Shown: piece by piece, positions 7,036-15,213 of the stretch | How positions within the stretch are numbered: position 1 is the first letter of the stretch | Layout of the letters: every line of letters begins with the position of its first letter | Translations under genes and position numbers: made by a program | Assembly: GCA_002437105.1 (NCBI GenBank) | Contig: DJOB01000004.1 | Location: 189,162-253,161, forward strand | Source: Bacillales bacterium UBA6449 | Lineage (GTDB): Bacteria; Bacillota_I; Bacilli_A; RFN20; CAG-288 | Direction: 5' to 3' | Length of the DNA: 64,000 nucleotides | The notes under the pieces: generated by a model | Seen by the model: the letters and a program-made list of their open reading frames with translations, nothing else | Told to the model about the DNA's origin: nothing | Database searches by the model: none

Positions 7036-9935
7036 ATCTTTTTCCTCCTGGATAGTATCAACTTTCGTAACTCTTCTAGGCCGAATGAGATGAAGGGCAG
7101 GGCGAGGAGCACGATCCATATCTCCCAGGATGTTATCCCGTTAGTCTGGAAGACCTCCCTGTTGAGGACCGGGATGAAGAGGGCGCCGAACAGCACCAGC
7201 AGCTCGCTCAGGAATCCCCAGAGCAGCGGGCGATTGGTGAGGAAGCCGACCCTGTAGATGGGCTGCTCCGATCTGAGACCCATACCGATACCGATCTGGC
7301 ACATGACGATGGCGGCGAGGATCACCGAGGTGGACATCCGCCAGAGACCTTCGTACTGGCCATTGGAACCCGTCTGGCTGAACAGGGTGAATGGCAGGCC
7401 CAGCTTGGCGCTCTCGATCGCGTTGAAGGCCAGGTAGCACGCCAGCGACAGGATGGTGGTCTGCAGTCCGATGCGCAGGGCGCGCAGCAGGACCTTGCGA
7501 TCGATGAGGTGTTCGTTTCGCGAGCGGGGTGGCACATCCATCACCGTCGAGTCAGGACTCTCGGATCCCAGCGCGATGGCGGGGACCATATCGGTGCCCA
7601 GGTCGATCAGCAGAACCTCCATGATGGTGAGCATCTGCGGGAAGAAATTGAAGGAGAAGAGGGGCAGCAGGAAGGGGATGGCTTCGGGGATATTGGAGTT
7701 GAACACGTACGTCATAACCTTCTTGATGTTGTTGTAGACGGCGCGTCCTTCGCGGATGGCGGAGACGATGGAGGCGAAGTTATCGTCGGTCAGGATCATA
7801 TCGGCGGCATCCTTGGCGACATCGGTTCCCGCGATGCCCATCGCGACTCCGATATCCGCCCGTTTGAGCGCGGGGGCGTCGTTGACTCCGTCGCCGGTCA
7901 CCGCGACCACGTGCCCCATCTGCTGGAGCGTCTCGACGACGCGGTATTTCTGCTCGGGGGCCATGCGGGCGAAGATGACTTCATGAGATAGGGCGGCCCG
8001 GAGATCCTCGTCGCTCATGCTGTAGAGCTCGCTCCCGGTGATCACCCGGACCTCGGGATCGTCGACGATCCCGATCTTCCGAGCGATAGCGCGAGCGGTG
8101 AGGCCGTAGTCGCCCGTGACCATGATGATCTTCACTCCGGCGCGCCGGCACTCGGCGATCGACTTCTCGATGTTGTCCCGCGGAGGATCCTGCATCGCCT
8201 CAAGACCGACGAATACCAGGTCCCGCTCGATGTTGTCGATGCTGTAGTCGGACAGGGCGACGGGAAGCTGGGGATCGTTCTTGGGCAGGAGTCGGAAGGC
8301 CATGCCCAGGACCCGCAGACCGTTGCGAGCGTAGCTGTCGTTAGCCTTCATCGCTCGGCTTCTATCTTCCGGGGTGATGGGGCGGACTCTGCCGCCGTCG
8401 AGGATCTTGGTGCACTTATCCAGGACCTCCTTGGGCGCGCCCTTGGTGAAGCTGACCCGCTGGATGTCTCCGATGGGTTGAGCCAGCTGGTGGATGGTGG
8501 ACATCATCTTGCGGGATGAATCGAAGTTCAGCTCCTTGATGCGGGGGAGCGTCTCCGTCACGGTGGAGGGCTCCACATATCCCTTGCGCGCGACGACGGC
8601 CAAGCAGGCTTCGGTCGGGTCCCCCAGCACGGTCCAGTGCGCGTCGGGAGCTGTCGGGTCGGGCGGGACCAGGCGGGCGTCCGAGCAGAGGGCACCGCAG
8701 GTCAGGAGCGTCTTGAGCTGGATATCGTCGATGCAGGTGATCTTCTTGCCGTCCGCATCGTGTATCTCTCCCTCCGGGGCGTAGCCGTCACCGGTCACCT
8801 CGTGGGTTATGCCCGAGAAGTAGAGCGACTTGACGGTCATCTCGTTCTTGGTGAGCGTGCCGGTCTTATCCGAGCAGATGACGGTGGTGGAGCCTAGCGT
8901 CTCGACCGAGTTGAGCGTCTTCACCAGCGCTCCCTCCTTGGCGATCCGCTGCACCGCTTTGGCCAGGGAGAGCGTGACGATGGGGGAGAGGCCTTCGGGG
9001 ATGAAGGCGGTCATCATACCGAGGGCGAAGACGAACTGGGTGAGGTAGAGCGTCGGCTTATCGAATCCCGAAGCGATGCCGTTGATGATGGTGCCGAGGA
9101 CGAAGATGACCAGACCCACGCTGACCGCGATGATCGAGACCACCTTCGAGGTCCGGGTGATCTCCTCCTGGAGCAGCGATCTCTTGGTCGTGATGTTCTG
9201 CGTCAGCGAGGCGATGCGGCCCAGCTCGGTGTCCATACCGGTCGCGTAGACGATGCAGCGGGCGAAGCCGGTGGCTACCGAGGTGCCGGCAAAGACCAGG
9301 TTCTTGGCTGCGGGAATATTTTCGACCTCGCCCTTGAAGGGCTCCGATATCTTGCGGGAGGGCGTAGCTTCTCCATCGAGGGCGGACTGGGCGCAGGAGA
9401 GGTCGTCGGAGACGATGATGCGGCAGTCGGCCGAGATCCGGTCGCCCTCGGTCAGGATCACTAGATCGCCGGGAACCAGGTCCTCCGCGGGGATCTTCGT
9501 CTCCTGTCCATCCCTCATGCAGCGGGCATAGGTGGGCATCATCTTGGAGAGGGCATCAGTCGCCTTTCCCGCCCGGTGCTGCTGGATGAAGGAGAAGAGA
9601 CCATTGATGATGTTGACCATCCAGATGGCGCATCCCAGATAGAGCATCTGCGGGTCGCCGAGCACGCCGATCCTCTCGTCGGTATCGCCGAGGAAGGCGG
9701 CGATGATGGAAATGCAGCCGGCGATCCAGAGGAGGATCGCCATCGGCGAGATGAAGTTCTTGAGGAAGATCTTCCAGGTGGGAACCTTCTTGACCTTCTT
9801 TATGATGTTCGGTCCATACTTCTCCCGCAACTTAGCTGCTTCCTGGGTAGAGAGTCCTTTAGCGTGGGTCGAAAGATCCTCGTAGATCTGGCGAGGATAG
9901 GCCCTGATCAGCTGGATGATCTTCTCTTTCTCCAT
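7032..9935 (-). CDS. P2-type cation-transporting ATPase with Na,K/H,K-ATPase-like (P2C) ion-site motifs
   Basis: ICSDKTGTLT, MVTGD and TGDGVNDAPALK are present. TM4 reads IPEGLS, TM5 reads NSNIPEAIPFL, and TM6 reads LLIDLGTDMVPAIALG. N-terminal GLSTQEAAKLREKYGPN. SD GGGAGGG upstream. Confidence 0.9.
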   Translation of the reverse strand: MEKEKIIQLIRAYPRQIYEDLSTHAKGLSTQEAAKLREKYGPNIIKKVKKVPTWKIFLKNFISPMAILLWIAGCISIIAAFLGDTDERIGVLGDPQMLYLGCAIWMVNIINGLFSFIQQHRAGKATDALSKMMPTYARCMRDGQETKIPAEDLVPGDLVILTEGDRISADCRIIVSDDLSCAQSALDGEATPSRKISEPFKGEVENIPAAKNLVFAGTSVATGFARCIVYATGMDTELGRIASLTQNITTKRSLLQEEITRTSKVVSIIAVSVGLVIFVLGTIINGIASGFDKPTLYLTQFVFALGMMTAFIPEGLSPIVTLSLAKAVQRIAKEGALVKTLNSVETLGSTTVICSDKTGTLTKNEMTVKSLYFSGITHEVTGDGYAPEGEIHDADGKKITCIDDIQLKTLLTCGALCSDARLVPPDPTAPDAHWTVLGDPTEACLAVVARKGYVEPSTVTETLPRIKELNFDSSRKMMSTIHQLAQPIGDIQRVSFTKGAPKEVLDKCTKILDGGRVRPITPEDRSRAMKANDSYARNGLRVLGMAFRLLPKNDPQLPVALSDYSIDNIERDLVFVGLEAMQDPPRDNIEKSIAECRRAGVKIIMVTGDYGLTARAIARKIGIVDDPEVRVITGSELYSMSDEDLRAALSHEVIFARMAPEQKYRVVETLQQMGHVVAVTGDGVNDAPALKRADIGVAMGIAGTDVAKDAADMILTDDNFASIVSAIREGRAVYNNIKKVMTYVFNSNIPEAIPFLLPLFSFNFFPQMLTIMEVLLIDLGTDMVPAIALGSESPDSTVMDVPPRSRNEHLIDRKVLLRALRIGLQTTILSLACYLAFNAIESAKLGLPFTLFSQTGSNGQYEGLWRMSTSVILAAIVMCQIGIGMGLRSEQPIYRVGFLTNRPLLWGFLSELLVLFGALFIPVLNREVFQTNGITSWEIWIVLLALPFISFGLEELRKLILSRRKKI

Positions 9936-10007
9936 AGGTGCCCTCCCTGTTTAACCTCCATATTTTAATATATCTATTGTTCAGCTCCAAAATTGCGCAC
10001 GCTAAAT

Positions 10008-10022
10008 TGAAATAGGATTTCA
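10008..10022. promoter_or_regulatory. Perfect palindrome TGAAAT-agg-ATTTCA abutting a TTGACA box, in the divergent ATPase/metal-ABC promoter region
   Basis: Read directly from the sequence. TTGACA lies at 10030-10035. The binding protein is unknown. Confidence 0.3.
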
Positions 10023-10095
10023 TATTCCGTTGACACAACTATACTGCGGATATAGACTAAAGCGAAAGAAAAGATAAGCGTTTCTCTGGACTGAT

Positions 10096-11112
10096 ATGGC
10101 AGGAAAAGATAGAAGATCGAAGGGATCATTTCTCGTTCTCGTTTCCTCGTTCACCCTGGTTCTCGCCTCGTGTCAGGCAACCTCTCACGATGATCCTTGG
10201 CACGCTGAACAGGTGCAGAATGGCTACTCCGCGCTGCCGATGGCCACGGCTACCTTCTATCCGCTCTACGATGCGGTTAACCGGATACTCGGCAATGATT
10301 TCGTCGACGGTCAGCTCGTCTCCGCTAACCTCGGATGGGTCCTGAACTTCGTCGGGGATGGCGAGCCCCACGATTTCGACCCCTCCGATCCGCAGAAGAT
10401 GATGCTGGCTCAGAGCAGCTTCGCTATCGTCTCGCTGGGGACCAACTTCGATGGTTGGTCGGCGGATATCGACACGGTCGGAAAGCGGATCCTTGCCTCT
10501 CAGGGGGCGGGGCTTCTGGATCAGGATGGGAACCCCTATGACGAGTACCGGTCCAGCAGCGATCCGCACGTCTGGCTCTCGCCCCGGCGTATGGTGAAGC
10601 TGCTGGATAGGATCTACGATGGGATCGAGGAATCCTATCCGAATCGCGAGAAGGTGCCACAGCTCTACGAGAACTATCTCGCTTATCGCGATGAGCTCCA
10701 GAGTCTGGATCGCGCCTTCACCCTGGAGCTGGCTCCCTTTTCCGGACACCTTCTGGTCACCTCGCACGAGGCGTTTACCTACCTGTGTCAGGACTATGGG
10801 TTGGAACAGCTGGGAATAGGCGATTTTGCCGATAATATCCCGGGGCCGGACAAGCTGGCCAATCTGGAGGATGAGATACTGGATAGAGGGGTGAAGACGA
10901 TCTATGTCGAGAGTCTGGATAGCCACTCGGGCGTGGATACGATCATCGAGGATATCCAGCTGCGGACGGCTGGCCGCCTCCGGATCGAAAAGGCCACTCT
11001 CTCGGCGCTGGAGCAGGTCCCCTACGACGAGCTGATCGCGGGTGAGGATTACCTGTCGACGATGCTGGACAATCTGGATGAGCTGGTTAAGAATCTGGGG
11101 AGGGAGATATGA
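10096..11112 (+). CDS. Metal (Zn/Mn-type) ABC transporter substrate-binding lipoprotein, cluster A-I/ZnuA-TroA family
   Basis: Signal peptide with lipobox LVLASC. DPHVWLSP motif. First gene of a three-gene ABC operon. Confidence 0.8.
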   Translation: MAGKDRRSKGSFLVLVSSFTLVLASCQATSHDDPWHAEQVQNGYSALPMATATFYPLYDAVNRILGNDFVDGQLVSANLGWVLNFVGDGEPHDFDPSDPQKMMLAQSSFAIVSLGTNFDGWSADIDTVGKRILASQGAGLLDQDGNPYDEYRSSSDPHVWLSPRRMVKLLDRIYDGIEESYPNREKVPQLYENYLAYRDELQSLDRAFTLELAPFSGHLLVTSHEAFTYLCQDYGLEQLGIGDFADNIPGPDKLANLEDEILDRGVKTIYVESLDSHSGVDTIIEDIQLRTAGRLRIEKATLSALEQVPYDELIAGEDYLSTMLDNLDELVKNLGREI

Positions 11113-11774
11113 TAAGCATAGAGAACGGTATCTTCTCCTACGGGGAGAAGGTCGTGCTGGACGGAGTCGATCTTAAGATAGCGGATGGGGAGTTCGTCGG
11201 TCTCATCGGTCGTAACGGAGCAGGTAAGACTACCCTTCTGAAGGTTCTGATGGGGATAGTCAAGCTCCAGTCGGGACGGGTGGTCAACACGTTTAAGAAG
11301 TCTGCCTTTCTCAGCCAGGTCACCGGAAACCTGGACATGCTGTTCCCCGCCACGGTCAAGGAGGTGGTCTCGCTCGGGCTGAAGTGGAAGCCCTGCTCCT
11401 TCATGCGCCAGGCGGACTGGCAGAAGGTCGATGCGGCCCTGGCGGCGTTGGATGTCCTGGATCTGAAGGATCGTTCCATCGGTGAGCTGTCTGGGGGACA
11501 GCAGCAGCGAGTGCGGTTGGCCAAGGCCCTGATCTCCGACCCCGACCTGCTCGTCATGGATGAGCCGACCACCGGCATGGATGCGGAGTCGCGTCAGGAG
11601 TTTCTTCAGCAGACCATCATGCTGAATAAGAAGATGGGCAAGACCATCATCCTGGTCTCCCACTTCATGTCGGATATGGCGGGGACTGACCGGATCGTCT
11701 ACCTCTCCGAGGGGAAGATCCTGCCTCATGCTCCCTATAGCTCGCAGGAGGATGGTGAGAATGACAATCACTAG
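11109..11774 (+). CDS. Metal ABC transporter ATP-binding protein
   Basis: Walker A GRNGAGKTT, signature LSGGQQQR, Walker B LLVMDEP. 4-nt overlap with the upstream gene. Confidence 0.9.
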   Translation: MISIENGIFSYGEKVVLDGVDLKIADGEFVGLIGRNGAGKTTLLKVLMGIVKLQSGRVVNTFKKSAFLSQVTGNLDMLFPATVKEVVSLGLKWKPCSFMRQADWQKVDAALAALDVLDLKDRSIGELSGGQQQRVRLAKALISDPDLLVMDEPTTGMDAESRQEFLQQTIMLNKKMGKTIILVSHFMSDMAGTDRIVYLSEGKILPHAPYSSQEDGENDNH

Positions 11775-12627
11775 TTTTCTCGCAGGCAACATGTTTGCCT
11801 ACCCCTTCATGTGGAAGTCGCTGATCGCGATCGTCTGCCTGGGGATCGCCCTGCCGCTCATGGGTCTGAATATGACGACGAAGCGCTTCTCCATGATCGG
11901 CGATGCGCTGTCGCACACCTCGCTATTGGGCGTCGCGCTCGGTCTGCTCTGCGGCATCCTGCCGGCGGGGATGGCGGTCCTGGTCTCCATCGTCTGTGGC
12001 GTCGTGATCGAGCTGATCCGCTCGCGGTTCAATCGGTACGCGGAGCTGGCGCTGGCTATCGTCATGTCGATCTCGGTGGGATTGGCCGGTATTCTGACCA
12101 AGTTCGTCTCGGCCAATTCGTTCGCGTCCTACCTGTTCGGATCGGTCAGCCTGGTCACCCTGAACGATATCTACGCTATCGTGCCGGTCTCCGTCCTGGT
12201 GGTGGTCTTCTCTGTCATCTTCTATCGGGCGAACATGTACGCTTCGTTCAATCCCTACGAGGCTCGGATCTCTGGCCTCAAGGTGCGCCTGCTGGCGATG
12301 GCGGATACGGTCCTGACGGCAGCAGTGGTGGCTCTCTCCTCCACCATCATCGGCAGCCTGGTCGTCTCTTCGCTCCTAGTGATCCCGGTGGCGACCGCGC
12401 TGCAGCTCTGCCGGTCCTATAAGGGCGTCACCATCATTGGTATCCTCGTCAGCCTTCTCTCCGGTGTCCTCGGTCTGGTTCTCTCCTTCCCCTGGGGAAC
12501 TAATTCCGGCTCGACGATCATCGTCGTCGCTACCGTGTTCCTGATCCTGGCGATCGTCTATCGCCAGCTGATGAAGCTGAAGCTTCGTCTATCGCTGCGG
12601 TCGCGAAAAGGGGTGGATAAGCGCTGA
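11761..12627 (+). CDS. Metal ABC transporter permease (ZnuB/TroC-like)
   Basis: Polytopic protein starting MTITSFLAGNMFAYPFMWKSL. Start chosen at the ATG at 11761, which overlaps the ATPase gene's end. Confidence 0.8.
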   Translation: MTITSFLAGNMFAYPFMWKSLIAIVCLGIALPLMGLNMTTKRFSMIGDALSHTSLLGVALGLLCGILPAGMAVLVSIVCGVVIELIRSRFNRYAELALAIVMSISVGLAGILTKFVSANSFASYLFGSVSLVTLNDIYAIVPVSVLVVVFSVIFYRANMYASFNPYEARISGLKVRLLAMADTVLTAAVVALSSTIIGSLVVSSLLVIPVATALQLCRSYKGVTIIGILVSLLSGVLGLVLSFPWGTNSGSTIIVVATVFLILAIVYRQLMKLKLRLSLRSRKGVDKR

Positions 12628-13193
12628 TGAATCTGCGGATCTATGCTCTGAAGAAGAGGATCCTCGCCTTTCCCTGGGCGGATTGCAGCCCGTATCTGCT
12701 GCTGGTCGCTTTCGGTTTGATCGCTCTCTTCCTCGGCTTCGGACCCTTCGTGAAGATCGTCGATCCGCAGCTGGAGGGAGGCTCGACTATCCTTTCCGGC
12801 TTCGCGTTTGCGCACCGCAACGTCCTGGGTGATTTCGTGGTCATGTTCAGCGTGGGAGTGGTGTATATCGCGGTCGTCATTCTCCTCGCAGCGGTGCAGC
12901 TCTTTCTGCCGGTGCGCTGGGGACAGCCGCTCTTCTGGGTTCTTGCGGTCTGGGGAATCCTCGGTCTACTCACTTATGGGGCGGTCTTCAACTACTATCT
13001 CTTCAGTTTCCTGCTGGGAAGTTTCTCTCAGGGGGTACACATCTATATCGGAAGCTGCGGAATCATCTATGACCTGCTTATAGTCCTTATTTGGATTCCC
13101 TTCTTCGTGCTTCATCACCTGTTTTCCGGAGGAACGACTGGGCCGGCTTTTGGGACTTTTCTCGATGAGGATCACCCAGATAAGAAAAGGTAA
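12627..13193 (+). CDS. Hypothetical polytopic membrane protein, translationally coupled (TGATG) to the permease gene
   Basis: 188 aa with about 5 hydrophobic helices. No family recognised. Confidence 0.55.
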   Translation: MNLRIYALKKRILAFPWADCSPYLLLVAFGLIALFLGFGPFVKIVDPQLEGGSTILSGFAFAHRNVLGDFVVMFSVGVVYIAVVILLAAVQLFLPVRWGQPLFWVLAVWGILGLLTYGAVFNYYLFSFLLGSFSQGVHIYIGSCGIIYDLLIVLIWIPFFVLHHLFSGGTTGPAFGTFLDEDHPDKKR

Positions 13194-13276
13194 AAAAACT
13201 TCTTCGATCCGCTGGTTGAATGCGGGGGCGGTCCACTATAATATTCGAAAGTGGGACGACACCGGGAGGTTTAGCA

Positions 13277-14170
13277 ATGTTTATGGTCAATGAGACTAGC
13301 GAATGGCTGAGCGATTACTCTTGGATCTTCTCGCTCGGTGCTGTGGTCCTTGTCGTTGTTATCTTAGGTATTCTGATTGCCGTTCTCGTGGGCGTGAAGA
13401 AGACCAATCGGCTCGTGGGGAAAAATCCCCTGAAGCTGAGCGCTAAGGTGGCTTACGATTCCGACAATATGAACGAATATCTCGAGATCTCGGTCTTTAA
13501 CTGCGGCCTGCGCGATGTGAATATCAAGGATTTCGGTCTCCGCTACAAGAATCAGACGGTCTCCCTGATCAATGAGTTCACGGAGAGACGGGCGAGCAAA
13601 TCGCACTCGGTAGATGTGGCGACGGGTTCTTCGCTGGTCTACAAGCTCAATCCGGAGCGGGTCGAGAAGTTTGTTATCTCCCACAATTTCTCCGCTACCT
13701 CCATCGATCCGATCTATGTGATCTGCGTCGATAGCAACGGGAATGAGACGATCAAGAAGGAGGTGAGTCTCTCGCGGCTCTTCAATGCCAGGCAGAAGGC
13801 TCGCCTGCTCCAGGCCAAGACCAAGATTCACCAAGAGAAGATCGATGAGTACAAGGCGGGTCACGAGGGTAATGAGCCCCTGACCGAAGGAATCTACCGT
13901 CTATTCCACCGCAAGCAGATCAGGATCCCGGAGCTGGTAGCTAAGGCCGATAGCCTGATGGTCAGCGATCGATCGGTCAATTCGAAGACGGTGTCCGATT
14001 CCAGCTATGCTCCGGCTATCTCCGACCAGCAGTCAGAATCGCCGGCACAGACTTCCTCCGTCCCCTTCGGTCAGCGGAAGATGAACACCCAGGAGATGAA
14101 GGTCACCTACCTGAATATGGATCCGCTCAAATCCCTGGATGAGACCGACGAGGAGACTAAGGGTCACTAG
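13277..14170 (+). CDS. Hypothetical single-pass membrane protein with a Ser/Gln-rich acidic tail
   Basis: Start at the ATG preceded by GGGAGG. TM segment WIFSLGAVVLVVVILGILIAVLVGV. No family recognised. Confidence 0.55.
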   Translation: MFMVNETSEWLSDYSWIFSLGAVVLVVVILGILIAVLVGVKKTNRLVGKNPLKLSAKVAYDSDNMNEYLEISVFNCGLRDVNIKDFGLRYKNQTVSLINEFTERRASKSHSVDVATGSSLVYKLNPERVEKFVISHNFSATSIDPIYVICVDSNGNETIKKEVSLSRLFNARQKARLLQAKTKIHQEKIDEYKAGHEGNEPLTEGIYRLFHRKQIRIPELVAKADSLMVSDRSVNSKTVSDSSYAPAISDQQSESPAQTSSVPFGQRKMNTQEMKVTYLNMDPLKSLDETDEETKGH

Positions 14171-14251
14171 GAAGCGCGTGGCCAACGCGTTGATCGGTCG
14201 GTGATCTCTCTGGTCGAGCGATGGTCTAAGCGGCTTTGAACCAATTAAAAG

Positions 14252-14274
14252 AGCAGGGTTTTTCCCTGCTTTTT
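14252..14274. terminator. Intrinsic terminator (bidirectional shape)
   Basis: AGCAGGG-TTTTT-CCCTGCT flanked by AAAAG and TTTT. Confidence 0.6.
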
Positions 14275-14436
14275 AATTACATGGTTCAGATCGTCTGCGG
14301 CGGGGAAGATCTAGATGGATCAGTAAGTTGAGACCGAGGAGAGGCCTTGAATCAGTCGGCCACGAGATATCTAAGCTGGGATGGATACTCGATGAGGGAG
14401 AAGAGACAAATCAGGTGTGAGATAAATATTTAATTA

Positions 14437-15213
14437 TTAGTCCTTTTCGATCGTATCCAACTTGTGATAGAGGACCACATAGATGAGTCCGAACATCTCC
14501 AGTATCTGAGGGATGAAAGCACCAGCCATTAGTCCGACTCCTTCATTCAGCTTGGTGCTGACCAGGATGAATTGAATCACGGCACAGACCGCTAAAACGA
14601 TCTGTATGGTGGCTCCGATCTTGAAGTAGGGGCGCGGACCACCATAGTTGTCGAGCAGGTAGAAGCCGACTCCGATCACGATATCGACGATACCGCCTAG
14701 GAAGGTGATCAGCATCATCGGAAATAGGAGGGTATTGGCGGTGGGGATGTTGTTTCCGAAGACCTTGAGGATGGCGTAGAAGCTCGTGTCGATGCTATTG
14801 ATCTTGAAGGCGGGAATGGCCAGGGTCGCCAGGGAGGCAATTCCGATGAAGGCCAGGATCACATAGAGATACTGCGACCATTTGAGAGGCGCTCCGATAA
14901 GGGGGCGAGGTCCGGTTCGCTGGGGTACGCGATCGGCGGCCGGACCGGGTGCGATGGCGCTCGTCGTCTCCTCGAGCGGCTCGACCGGTGCCTTCTTCTT
15001 GTTCGGTGTGGGATCGTCTGTCTTCCCGGTGATGTAATCGGGGTCCACGGCGAATATCTGAGCGCACAGCTCGATATTCTTGCGGCTCATCGTGCGGTGA
15101 CCCGCTTCGATCTGCTCGAGTTCTGTGGGATTCAGGTGAATTCTCTTGGCGAGATCTTTCAACTCTACATGATGGGCTATTCTCAGCTCTGATATTCTCT
15201 TTCCGCTAGTCAT
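14437..15213 (-). CDS. XRE-family HTH domain fused to a Pro-rich linker and a 4-TM C-terminal domain
   Basis: N-terminus ISELRIAHHVELKDLAKRIHLNPTELEQIEAGHRTMS (HTH_XRE-like), followed by hydrophobic helices. 8-nt overlap with the mutM/coaE stop. Confidence 0.65.
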   Translation of the reverse strand: MTSGKRISELRIAHHVELKDLAKRIHLNPTELEQIEAGHRTMSRKNIELCAQIFAVDPDYITGKTDDPTPNKKKAPVEPLEETTSAIAPGPAADRVPQRTGPRPLIGAPLKWSQYLYVILAFIGIASLATLAIPAFKINSIDTSFYAILKVFGNNIPTANTLLFPMMLITFLGGIVDIVIGVGFYLLDNYGGPRPYFKIGATIQIVLAVCAVIQFILVSTKLNEGVGLMAGAFIPQILEMFGLIYVVLYHKLDTIEKD

